From Podarcis pityusensis (taxonomy: Eukaryota): 64,000 nt of DNA. The DNA lies in assembly GCA_964106645.2 (NCBI GenBank), contig OZ067041.1. One strand, written 5' to 3'. The translations under genes were made by a program, and so were the position numbers. This document shows, one piece after another, positions 1 to 12,400 of this stretch; within the stretch, counting starts at the first letter, position 1, and each line of letters opens with the position of its first letter. Under the pieces are notes generated by a model. The model saw only the letters and a list, made by a program, of their open reading frames with translations, was not told the origin of the DNA and made no database searches.

Positions 1-149
1 TCCCTTAAGGACTGGACTCCCAACTCCAGCTTTTATGCATGCGTTGAACGGGTGAGAAAAAAACCTAATTTTGAATCTAGCCCACTATGGAGTAGATCCC
101 GGCACTCTAAGCACACTGACTTGGGAGCAAGTCCCCACTGAGTGGCGTT

Positions 150-1000
150 GCGCTGTAAACTCGCCAGCCACTCGTGCCATTAATCCTTCCCCGCACGGCC
201 CTGAACTCGCAAGCACACCGGAGAATCAAGCCTAGCAGTATGAGGGGGGACGAAGTCAACGGAGAGCGGCTCCTCCGAATGTAATGGACGAACCCGACGC
301 CTAAGCGCGGAGATAGGCCCTTGGGAGCAACTACTGCGGGGAAGAGGGGCGCGTTCTGCCGCAGACACCAGCAACCCTTCCGAAGAGCTTGCTGGTCCAG
401 GCGGCGGGGCCGAGTTCCTGTTCCAGGCGTGGCTGCTGCGTGCCTTGGTAGAGTGAGTCACAGGGCTGTCAAGGCGGTTTCCCAAGTGCCGCAGGAAGGC
501 GGGCTGCAGCCTGTGCAAGGAGCAGAATGTTGTCCCCGAGGTAAGGCAATTCTTGGCGGCGGCGTCTGCATCCAGCCGGCTCGGGGCGGGGAAGAGGCTC
601 CGCACAGGCAGGCGCGCGGCACTTCCAGGGCCGAGTGGCAGCGCCGAGGTCGGTTAATAGAAAGCCAGGCAGACGCGACCGTTTAGGGAGAGCGGAGGCC
701 CGCCCCTCCTTCCCCTTTCTCCCCGCTTCGGCCTGCGCCCTGGCAGGACGGGAAGACCTGGCCGGAGCCAAACATTGCTTTCGGACGTACGCCTTGTCTG
801 GGGCCTCCTTTTCCTGGGAGACAAGCGCTAGACACGGCATACGGTCTCTGGGCTCCAGAGGACTAGCCTCGTGACAGCAGGAAGCCGCAAGAAGTGCCAC
901 GGCAGCAGCGCATAGTGCAGTTGGAATCACGCTGACTCCGAAGTAAAGTCCTCCCTGGTTTCCCTGGAACTTACACCTGCGTAAATGTGACTAGGACCGC
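150..1000. promoter_or_regulatory. ACOT9: CpG island / ACOT9 promoter and exon 1
   Basis: GC- and CpG-rich block surrounding the ATG at 527; TGAGTCA (AP-1-like) at 454-460 and GGGGCGGGG GC-box near 583-591. Confidence 0.8.
527..540 (+). CDS. ACOT9: ACOT9 coding exon 1 (MLSPR)
   Basis: agaATG with in-frame upstream TAG at 449; donor AG|gtaagg; phase 2 fits exon 2. Confidence 0.8.
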
Positions 1001-4000
1001 GGACTTAAAGACTAACGAATATTGTTAATTTCAGGAGGAGAATTTGGTGGGGTTGGGCACCAGTGAGTCACTCTGGACAGGCTCGTTGAGTGGAAGTTCT
1101 GCCACCCATTTTTGAGTATTTTAATGCAACGTTTGGCCAAGTATGAAAGTTAAAAGTTATTCTACACTCAACTGTATTCATAAAGTACCAGGGCACACAG
1201 GACGGGTGGTGCTTGGGCCAATGGCCTTGGCCAGTTTGTGCTTTTGCCTCCCCACCACTGACAGGCCAGCCCTGCAAGATAGCATCTCCGCATGCTTCAG
1301 TGCTCCTTGCTTGTGCCTGGCAGGAGCACCCTGTTGAGAGAGGAACGGCCACTGCTGCTGAACCCATTCAACTTCCCTGCTGTCCCATGAAAACCCCCTT
1401 GTGAGGCTAACTAAAGCTAGATGATACTAGGATATGGGAAAGGTATCCCTATCTACAAAGGAAACAACAGATGTACCAAAGCCTATATTATCCAGGCTCG
1501 GGTAGATAATGAAAGGGAAAGACAGTTGGTCACCCCAGCAGGGTCAGTGGCATGACACATAGCAGGGATAGCAGGCGCAATATCTCTTCTGGTTTCAGCT
1601 GCAAGTTAGGAAAACCTTCACCTGTTGCATAACAGCCATGGAACATGCAACTGTACAGGAACCCACTTGGAGCAAGTAGATTAAGAACCCCACTGAGAAA
1701 CAGCCAGGCGCATCCTGGTTAGTGCTGCCTTTCTCCTGATCTGCATACAGAGGACAGCCCAAAGCAATGAGCAACAGTTAACAGCCAGAGCACAGAGTTC
1801 CTCAACCTGGATGCACCATAGGTGTTGTGAAGAAGAAGGGGAGGGGTGGTCCCACCAGCTCAACCACTGTTGGTGTTTCAGCATCCTCCCTCATGGGGTG
1901 GGGTGGGGGGAAACGAGTGACTGCAAGTATACTTCTCCCTTCCTTGTTGCAGTGGCCCTCTTAGTGTGGCGACACCTTAGTCTTCCTGGATCCAGACTTT
2001 GATTCTGCAAGGCAGAAATGTTCGTGCCTCTTTGGCCAGCAGTGGCAGTGCTGTCAGTGGCCCACAACTTGCCTGCATTTTAGCAGTTCAGCCAGCATTT
2101 CTGTTCTGATAGTGATGCTTTCATACTTCCAGCCCGGTGGAACTTCTGCCATATCCTCTGGCTCCCATTTCATGGATCTCAAGTATAGGATTGCACTTTT
2201 AATGCCACCTATGATATCATACTCTTGACAGTATTCATTCTCCTTTTGATGCAGATGGTTTTCATTAAGCAAGGCCTGTCCCCCCTTGGCCAGGATGTTG
2301 ACTTCCTCCACCAGTGGCTCCCACATTTCCCAGACTATGGAGGAAGGTAATGTAACTGGGCTGGCAGGTGTGAGAATACCTGCAGGCAGGTGTGAGAATA
2401 CGACCAGAAAGGTTGATCTGTTTGTTTAGTGGCATCTGTAGCAGTAATAGCTGTAACTGGGCTTCTATTTATGTGGGAACTGTTTTTGAAACAAATATGT
2501 TCTTAGTGTAACTTTTCCCAGCAGTAAACAGAAAGTAAAAGCAACAAACACAGTGAGTTGTCATTAGAAGCACATCTCTCCATGGCATCAAATTGCTTAG
2601 TGGAAGAAAACTGGACCCTCCAGAATGATACCCAGGGACCTTGAGGCCTCTCTGCATCAACATCCACATTTACATGTGACAAGAAGGGAAACTATATTTT
2701 TTATGAAATGGCCTTGCTCTATGGCTGCAATGGGTGAGGGGTGTCTCAATAGTGTTGGGTGCCTCAGCAGCGCTTGACTTAGGGCAGTGCAGGCAGTTCC
2801 CCTGCATGGGGAACCGAGTTGAGGGGACGCAAAATAATAACAATAACAACCACAATAAAACCCATCTATTATATATAAGTGTTGTGTGCCAAATTTTGTC
2901 CCAACTCAAGGTGCCATATTACCAAAGTCTAACACAGTCTAGCAAACCAGCCCTGTTATCTTAACCTTCCCACAATTTACAGTGACTGGCTAGTTCCATG
3001 CAGGCAGTGGCCTGCATCATCAACACCAGTTCCTTGTAACACTTTATTATGCAATCCATAATAGATAAGAGTGCAAACACGTGTTTTGAATTAAGTAGTT
3101 GTTTAACCACGTCTGTTATTATTCTGTATACTGCAGCCTAGAATGTCTGCATTTGCAGGCAGAGCCACCACAGATGAAATAAGGTTTCTTTCTCTCTTAC
3201 AATACCCCAGTCTAGCACATGGGAGACATTCTGTTCAGTTTTATCTATGATACACAATTTTGTTACCTTTTTTAATTTAGATTTTAGGAATCTTACTGAA
3301 AGTCATTGTGCTTTTATTATACTTTGTGTGATATAACTATAATAATAGTTATGAGAAACGTGGAATAGAGGAGATAAAGGAAGCAAACACAGCTATTCAG
3401 TACCCTGCGGTGCTATGTACACTTGGAAAACAAACAGAGGGACATCTTAACGTTAGCACAGAAATAAATGATCAGTACAATAGAATTAAATCATATGTTA
3501 GCACTCTTGTGCATACACTTCTACATTTTGTGACTGAGTCCAAAATGACCAGGAAAACAATGCAATTAGGGTTTTTGCCTTGTGTTTTACGACACTGATA
3601 ATCTAAATGGCTTTTTCTACTTTACAGGACATTCACCCATTCATGTGAATAATGGTGTGTTGTGGTAACCTGTATGCATTTTAATATGGCTATATATCTG
3701 CTTCTATCTTGCTTCTATCTTTCTTTGTTGGATGGTTAATGAAATATACACATTAATATTTTCTGGTACCGGTTGCTAGTTAGTGTTTTTGGTGGCACTA
3801 TATGGGTTCACACTGCTAAACAAATAAAGCATGTCTTTTTAATCAAAATATCATCTCTGTATGCCTGCATCTTGTGCTGTTATTTATGTTTACAATAAAT
3901 CAGAAGACAAGTACCCAGGGACTTGTATAGATTTATGTTGAATCTAGAACCTTGTATTCAAATAACTGGGGGGCAAGCTGTGCCTCTTAAATCCCTGGCT

Positions 4001-6381
4001 CATGATCTCCAGTTTTCCAAAGCTTTCTTAAGTCCATGTCCTTCCAATGGTTCAAAGTGTCATTTACAGACCAACATAAGAAAAAGAGAGGTTGGTAAGC
4101 GTGACATTTTGTAATACTTTGAAATAAATATGGGTCCAATCATACGTATGCAACCTCTTATTCCTAGTCCCTGTGTGAGGATTTGCCTCAGTCCTACTTT
4201 TTTATTTTGTTTCCCCTTACTCAGCTCCATACCATTTCTACCCACTTTTTCCTAATGTTCAAACTTCAGACCAATGACATCTTTCCCCCATTTCCTTTAA
4301 CCATTTACCAGATGGGCCTATAGGGACATTGCTAGTCAACACCTAGCCAATTCTATGTGCTTCACTTAATAAGAGTTTGACAGAACAAAGGGCAGTAGCT
4401 CAGCGATAGCATATCTGCTTTGCAAGCAAAATGTTCTTCTGGATTCAATTCATGGCATCTCTAGGTAGGGCTGGGAAGGACTCCTGCCTGAAATCCTGGA
4501 GATCCACTGGTACTCAAATGTTGACAGTACTAAGCTAGATGGACCAGTGGTGTGACTCTATAAGGCATCTCCCTGTGCACTGTCTTAAGATACTTCATTT
4601 GTAGTAATTTGGAATGCTGTTTCCATATTTGCGTGTGAGGGTAATACAGCTTGTAACTATTCTTTCAGGCAGTCTTTCCCCACATTTGGACAGACGTAAG
4701 CAGAACAAATGTGTTGGGTGGGAAGCAATTTCACTCCTCAACAGTGGTGCAATATCCATGATTAAGGATGGATTATCTCTGTCTCTCAAGGGGCAAATAG
4801 CTTTCTGAAGGACAACCAGCTGGTGCTATGTGTCAATGAGTTGTGGTCAGCAGTAGCATATCAGCACACAGAAAGATAAGGAAAGCAAACAATACAGCTT
4901 GTATAGTTGAGCAACACCACTTTACGATATGAAAATTGGGTTGTTTTGATACTGTTAGGCTAATTACTGCGAATGAGCAACACCAGACAATTATTGTGTT
5001 ATTGGGGCCATCAAGAAAAAAAGAAGTCATATTCCTTAATATCTGGAAGTATCTCCCTTTTTTGGATTTAGGCAGTGGAGTAGCAGAGAAATGCTCTTGT
5101 TTGAATGTGGGAAAAATGAAGAATCATAGAGATACTGGGAGGTTTTTGAGCTTGAGTTTAGCTGTGCCAGAAGCAGCATGGAAGGAACTACAGGGGCCCA
5201 CTCTATACATTGCTCTGTGGAAACCTGAGGATTAGTGATTGTGTTTCCCATTTTAAGGGTCAGCTTGTTTCCACTAAGCTCTGCTTGAATAAGATCATCA
5301 GTTTCCAATTCTCTCTTGTGCAAAGGAAACAAAAACCTGTGGTGCTGCTTCTGGAATCTCCTACCACTTGAGAAAGGAAAAGTGTTTAACAGGAAATGTT
5401 ACTACTTTTATAGCTCAAAAGAAATACAAGCATGTGTATAATGGCAGTTTTTTTTTTATTTTAAAGACTGAATGTACTAGGGGAGGGAACATCTTATCCC
5501 TACAGTCCAGACACAGAAGGAACATCTGGTTGATGTGGCTTCCCTGCTTGTCCTAATGGGTTGATGGCAGAATAGTCTGTATGGGCTGATTCCTGCAGAG
5601 GGGTGATACTGATCCATAGGAAATATACCTGCAGCTCCCAAGGACATTCCTTCAGGAGTATTGACCACTGCTGTACAGATGTACCCTAAACACAGCCTAT
5701 GGATGGAAGTCAGTGTTGGCCTTACCATGAGATGAAGTGAAGCTACTGTCTCAGATCATGGATTGAAAAACTGAGGGCAGCAAAAATGGGCCACTCCTTA
5801 AATTGCAAAAAGTATACATGAAGCACACCAATCTGACCATTCATAGGATGAAAATAGGTCTAGAGCAGAGGTGTTCTGGAACAGGGTGGCTAACTGATGT
5901 ACCTTCAGATTGTTGTTGAATTCTGACTCCCATCATCCCTGCCAGCATGGCCAGTGGTCAGGAACAATGGGAGTTGCAGTACAACAAACACCTAAAGGTT
6001 CACAGGTGAGCCATCCCTGTTCTAGAATATATATGATATTAGCAGGTGGTGAGTGGCTAGAAAAATAAGTCTGGACCACAAATTTTGAAATTTGCCCTGG
6101 TAGGTTAGGTGGACTGCATGTGTTTATTATAGTTGACCTGGAAGAAGAGTCCTCTGACTCCTGTACTTTAAGAAAAGTGTCATCCATCCAGTTTGTTCAA
6201 TGGCAAAGAGCATTCTGATATGTAGCGGCAACTTTTTGCCTGTGCACATGGAAGCTTGGCTCTGTTCATGGGTTTCCCTTATAATATCAGAGCATATGAA
6301 TACAGAAATTTATGAATGTAGACTGAGTAACATACACATTCATTTTAGAATGTGCAGGCTTTCTTGCTGGGTCAAATTTGA

Positions 6382-6428
<47 letters not shown>

Positions 6429-9400
6429 GTCACAAGGATCAGTTGGATATTTTTGGTTGTAAAAAGATAAAAGCTGTCATAGTCTCTTGTGGTTATAATG
6501 GTGTATCCCCTGATAGCAGGAATGAACTTCACCAGCTGTTGCTTTTCATCTTCTCTTTTGCATGATTTTGCTTACTCTTCTGCTTCTTGGGAGGGTAGTA
6601 GTACCCTTTTGGTCAGTTAATGCATCAAATATTTCTGATTTTGTTGTGTTGCAGTGCGAAATAGATTGAGGGAGATAGTGGGAGCATCTACCAATTGGAG
6701 GTATGACACATGCAAAGCTTTCTTTGATTTTTTGATAGTTGCATTTCAAAATAAAGCAGAGCTGATTGGAATGTCCTCTTTCAGAGATTTAACCATCTGT
6801 CTTCAAACTCTGAGGGTCTTTGCCCCTACAGGAATGATGGTGATGATTATGATAATACTTCTCATAAATGTTAATAGTTTATATGCATTATCTTAGTAAT
6901 CCTTTAAAAAAAATCCTTCAGAGAAAGTCAATTATTATTATCCCTAAATTACAAAAATGATTTGGATCTGATAGTGCTTGCCTTAGGCTGTAACCAGGTT
7001 CAAGGTGGGCCCAAGATTTGAACTGGTGATTTTCCAGCTCAAAGATCTTGATCTTAACCATTATGCTATGTAACTCTATTCTAGTAAACGTGTATTACAT
7101 TTTTCAACCTGTGTCCATCTGGAATCATCTGATTTGTTTTCCTCCAGAGACCATGTGCAAGCAATGAATGAAAGAAAAGCTTTACATACCCTCCTTGCAA
7201 AAAACCAAGCTGACCTGCCCCCTAGGAAAATGAGAGACAGCTATATAGAAGTTATTCTGCCTTTGGGAAGTCAACCTGAAATAAGAGAAAAATATCTGAA
7301 CGTGCACAACTCTGTCAGGTAAAATCAGTTGCCTTTTTAATAGAATGAATATCTTCCTACTTGGTGCCTTACCATTTGCACTGTTATCCATTTTGACTTA
7401 AAAATCCCCCCCCCCCCCACCTGGCTCTCCTAATTATTATATGTGAATTTTCAAAAGGATCAAACTATTGAGATGTTTAATGATAAATTTTTAAACTTCA
7501 GATTGTACTTTTTTTTTAAACACCGTCATAGAACTATGTTGGATTCGTCCCAGTATCTTGCAAAGTAATCTTACCATGTACCATTTTAACCTTGGTAGGT
7601 TTGGCCGAATTCTTGAAGATCTTGATAGCTTAGGAGGTATGTAACAGCCATGCAGTTTCATTGATCTGATAGTCAGATTAATTTGGGTAATTAGAATTCT
7701 GGGGTCAGATATTACACAGAACTGGGATGCGAGAGAAAGGCGTGTGAGTTACTCGGGCTTCCACTTTTTTGCAGTTCCTGTGTAAATGCTCAAATATTGA
7801 AGAGTGACATATGTGACCTAAATGAGTTGTGCTCATGAATGCCCTCAACCTGCAGGAGCTAGATGGGAAATCTTTCCTTGCTATGGCGAGGGTGGTGAAT
7901 AGAGAGAATGGTTCCTTGATTTTCTGAGATCCTTAGAGAAGGCAGCCAGTCTGTGATGCAAAGCACGACTATCCAGAAAGAAACAAGGGCTGCCAAAATC
8001 TCAGAAACCTTTTCCCAAGCCAGGATTTGTGTTTTGGTGGTGCAGTGCATCCACGGGAGCTCTTCACATGACTGATTGAATGAACCCATTTTAATTATAT
8101 TTGTGAACGAGACATTTTCATGCATGTTCCTTGTTTGTTTGAGCTTGTCAAGTGTTATGACACAAATACCACATTGTAAAAATTTTACTGCACCCCTTTC
8201 ATAAAAAAATTAAATACAGAGAATAAATCATGCAGTCTCTTTCATCCTTTCTCTACAGTTCTGATTTGTTATACACACACAAAGCATGAAGCTGGTCAGA
8301 TGTCTCCTTTGTCGATTGTTACAGCGCTGGTGGATAAAATTGGTACGGTGTTGTTGGATCTATTAAAAAACTTAATGCTTGAACTAGGAGTGCTCGCTGT
8401 GTTGGGTAAAAAGAGCTAGGCTTCATTTTGACATAAATGTTGGGGGGAAGGGCAGGAGCTAACTGCTCCACCTCTTTTGGATAAGACTTTCTTCAGGCTG
8501 CCAGATGTTACAGTAAATGTACATTTGCTTCCAAAACAACACCTGTGTTTCCATGCCCCTACTTTCATTTTAACAACTTGTTAGGTCCATTATGTCATGA
8601 GTTCCGCCCCCTCTGCTTCTCCCCTACACTAAATCAGTGATGTGGAGCAGGGCAGTGCTGAAATCACACATTTCTCCAATTAGATACTGCCCCAAGAGGA
8701 AAGGCAGCAAAATGTGTTGTAGCCATTTTCTGTGGCAAATGTGCACTTCCTGTTGCATCTTGCTTGACCTGAAGAAGGTGCCTGGCAAACCTTTCTAGGC
8801 AGCATTCTACAGCTGGAGTCTGAGAAGGCTCCTCTCCCTAGTAGCCACCCAGCTCACTTCTCTTGCTGGTGGCACCCAGAGTAGGCCTTTAAAAAGGATC
8901 TTAAGGGGTGTGGGGCAAAGGCAGTCTTTTAGGTATCCTTGTCCCAAGTCATTAAGGGCTTTAAAGGTTAAAATGGGCACTTTTTCTGACTTGTAATAGA
9001 TTACCAGAGGTAAGTTAGCTTCCTTGAGCTAGAGAAATTAAGTTACTTATCTTTAGTGTCTATGCTCTGACTCCTGTTTGTTTGCTTTTAGGATTATGGA
9101 AGCAGGATATTCGTCCAGACTGTGATATCAAGTTCGTTGGGAATGTTTCATGGGTAGGAAGGACATCAATGGAAGTAAAGATGCACATGCTTCAGGTTGT
9201 AATTTTTCCATATAAAAAGTAATACACTTTATGAGTGCCTGAGAGTTCTAAAACAAGGGCCTGGTTCACATATGGCATTAAACCACAGTTAAAAACAAAC
9301 TGGTTTAATGTGAACGTGCACATTAGTTCTCTCTGCTCTGCTTTTGCACTTGTCGCATCACCAGGAAATCTGACATGTTGTGAGGTCCCACCCCGGGCTT

Positions 9401-12400
9401 TTGGTTTGTTTCTCTCCAAACAAACCCTAGCTGGCAATTAAGGTTTGTTCTTGGGTTATTGCTTGCATGTATTTTGGGAGAAAGAAACCATGAGCCTGAC
9501 TTGTTTTCTGATGGTGCAGCTGGAGAGAGAGAGAGAGAGAAACGCAGTGTGCCCCAGTTTCCAATAAACCATACCTTGTATTTAGCTATAGTTGAATGTG
9601 GTGTGTAAACCAAGCCACTATGAAGGCAGAACATAAGGGTCTTCTTTGCGTTATCAGCAGGAACAAGACTAGTTTGCTAAAGATGATTTCCCTTCCATTG
9701 TTTTCTTTTAGTTTCATGATGGTGCCTATCATCCTGTATTAGATGCAACTTTTGTCATGGTGGCCCGTGATCCAGAAAACAAAAGGTAAGGCTTTCAGTA
9801 GACCATTGGGAATAATTGTACAGTGACAAGTGGTAAAGTCTTTTGCTGAAGGGAGGACAAAAGAGGAGAGAGCTGCTTGCCCAGTGGGGGCCGAGCTGCA
9901 ACACTAGCTTCCTGACACGACTGCTGCTTACTGAAAAGTGGGGAGAGATCAGGGTTATGCCGGTGTACTGGTGGAAGTGCTGCATTGGCTCTGCTGGTGG
10001 GCTGCATAGCCTCCTCACCCCTCTCCCTCTTGGTAAGTGACAATGATGCCTCTGCCAGGACGCTAACACTATAGCTCTGTCCCGCCTGGAGAGCTGGTTC
10101 TGGTGATAGTCAAACGCTGCTGCATTCAAACACTCAGGCAGGCATATACACACCTCATTTATTTCCTCCCCTTTATTCACAGGCCAGCATTTGTGAACCC
10201 ACTGATTCTTGAAAGTCCAGAAGAGGAAAAAATCTTTAAGGAAGGCGAAGGTATGTAATGCATTCCTCGGGGTTGTGAAGAATTTCTGGTTGTGGTCCAT
10301 TCTCCCATTTCATAAAGGGCATTTAAAGATGGATTTTCAGGGTTCTCCCTCCAGCTCTGCTCTTATAAGTATTGAATATGTGGAAGATCAACATGATTAA
10401 TAGATAATAGGGGAAGGAATTTAATTGTCCCAATTGGCTTGTAACAAGCCTGTCCACTCCATTTCACTTCCTTAAATATCCTTTTAAAGCCATGGAAGCC
10501 AGTGGCCATCATTATGCTATGCTGGCCACTTCCGCAGGTGAATTATGCCTTGGGTGAAGAAATACTTTCTTTTGCCTGCCCCAAACTTACCACTGATCAA
10601 TTTCCTTTGCTGACCCAATGTGTCATTATTAGTTTTGAAACAGGAGGGGATTGGATACAGTTATTGGAAACTTATTTCCACCAAGTAATTTTCTGCTCAT
10701 TTTCATTTACTCGGTTAGCAAACAAGACCAGAAGAGTTGATTCCAGTAGGGCTTCCTTGCTAAAAATGGCTCCTACTGCAGAAGAAAGAAACATTGTACA
10801 TGACATATTTCTTAATACACTGGACCCAAGGTAGGTGGCGGGGCAATGAATGCTTTTACAAACTTTACTTCTGTTCGGGTCTGAATTTTCTTAAAGGTGG
10901 CAACTTGTTATTCTATCATTTCTCAGCATGTACCTATTTCAGGCATTGAAAAAAGGGCTGCTCAGATGTTGTTTCCCCTTCTTTTGCCTTGTGCAGAAGT
11001 GAATGCCCAGGCCAGGAGATCCTGCATTTATTTATTTGCGTTTTATATCACTCTTACTCCAGTTGGGAACCAAGAGAGGTATACCATATAATTAAAATAC
11101 TGGTACAAAAATAATATTTACAGCCCTACTAAAAAACAAAATCTAAAAAACCAAAGTGACTAACTCTGACCTTAGGTTCTCTTCTAACCCTGGATACTGA
11201 AACTGCTAGAGGAGGCAATGTCAGTATCAACAGTCAGGAGACATTTGTGAATGTTATTTTTATTACCCTTGTGTTTCTCTGGGCAGCATATGCAAGATTG
11301 TCCAAAATTATTCTTACTAGTCCTTCTCAAATAAGTTAGATCAGTGGTTCTCAAAGGGTGTGGCAGGAGAGGATTGCAAGTGTGGCAGGAAGATTCAACA
11401 ACAGTCAGTATTATATGTTTGAGAACCGCTGAGTTAGTCTGAGAAGTTAACCCTGTGCAGTATGTTAGGCTGAGAGATACGGCTGACCTGAGGCTGCCAG
11501 TGAGTTTCATGGCTACGTGGGGATTTGAACCTGGTTCTCCCTGATCTTAGGCTGGCATTCTAACTATTGCACCACTTTGGCTCTAAGAGGTATCCCCCTG
11601 GCTCCCCACCAAGGTGACAAAGCTGGCCTGAGGTAACTCACACAGAAGCTATTCAAGGGAAAATGACACACTGATTCCCTCCCCCCCCAAAAAACCCTGG
11701 GATTGATGGGAAGCCATAAAATTATCTGAACCTTTAAAGATGAAGTGCTTTATTTTAAAGTCCCGAAAAGCTTTAAACAGCTTTGTCCAGCAACTGGATT
11801 TTTTTATTGCAAAAAACTGACCACAAAATGGGTCTTAAAAAACACAGGAGTGGATACATAGGCCATGTTGCAATGAGTAGATGGCGATTCCCCCCAGAAA
11901 CAAAGGCCAGTGTACTCTTTGGCTGAGTGGATATTTGAATCCAGACCTCTTCATTCCAAGTGTAGCACATTTAACTACATCTATTACACGCATCCTGGTT
12001 GGGGCATTCACTATGCGTGTCACAGTGCAATGACGATGATGTGTGTGAGCCTAAGGCCTGCTTGTTGTCGCACTATGTGGGAGACATGGGGGGAGTAACA
12101 TTCAGACAACCCCAGGTGGAGGTTAAGCAGGGGCTTTGCTTCGTAACGTTGAGCTGAGACAGCATCTAAACTCTCCTCCTCTCATAGGACAGTGAGTTTT
12201 CGGAGTCGGCTGCTGCCACCCACCGCAGTGTGGATGGAAGATGCAAAACTGAAAGGTCTGGAAATCTGCCATCCTCAGGTATTTGCAGAGAGCTATAGCA
12301 TGATTGTGTTAGGGGTGGGTTTTGTTTTGCTCTTGGTAAACAGATGTTTGACTTCTTATCCGAGCTGTGATATTTGATGGTGCTTCGGTTATATGATAGA

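Noticed and set aside
180-930. Several 80-150 aa ORFs at the window start
   Set aside because: By-products of the GC-rich ACOT9 CpG island; low-complexity and no recognisable homology
3410-3598. LCTLGK peptide resembling human ACOT9 exon 2 (LCALGK)
   Set aside because: No AG acceptor at the right position; 2255-2346 has proper splice sites and phases
4389-4460. tRNA-like sequences (also 31965, 48022, 61122)
   Set aside because: Degenerate heads continuous with SINE bodies; no intact cloverleaf
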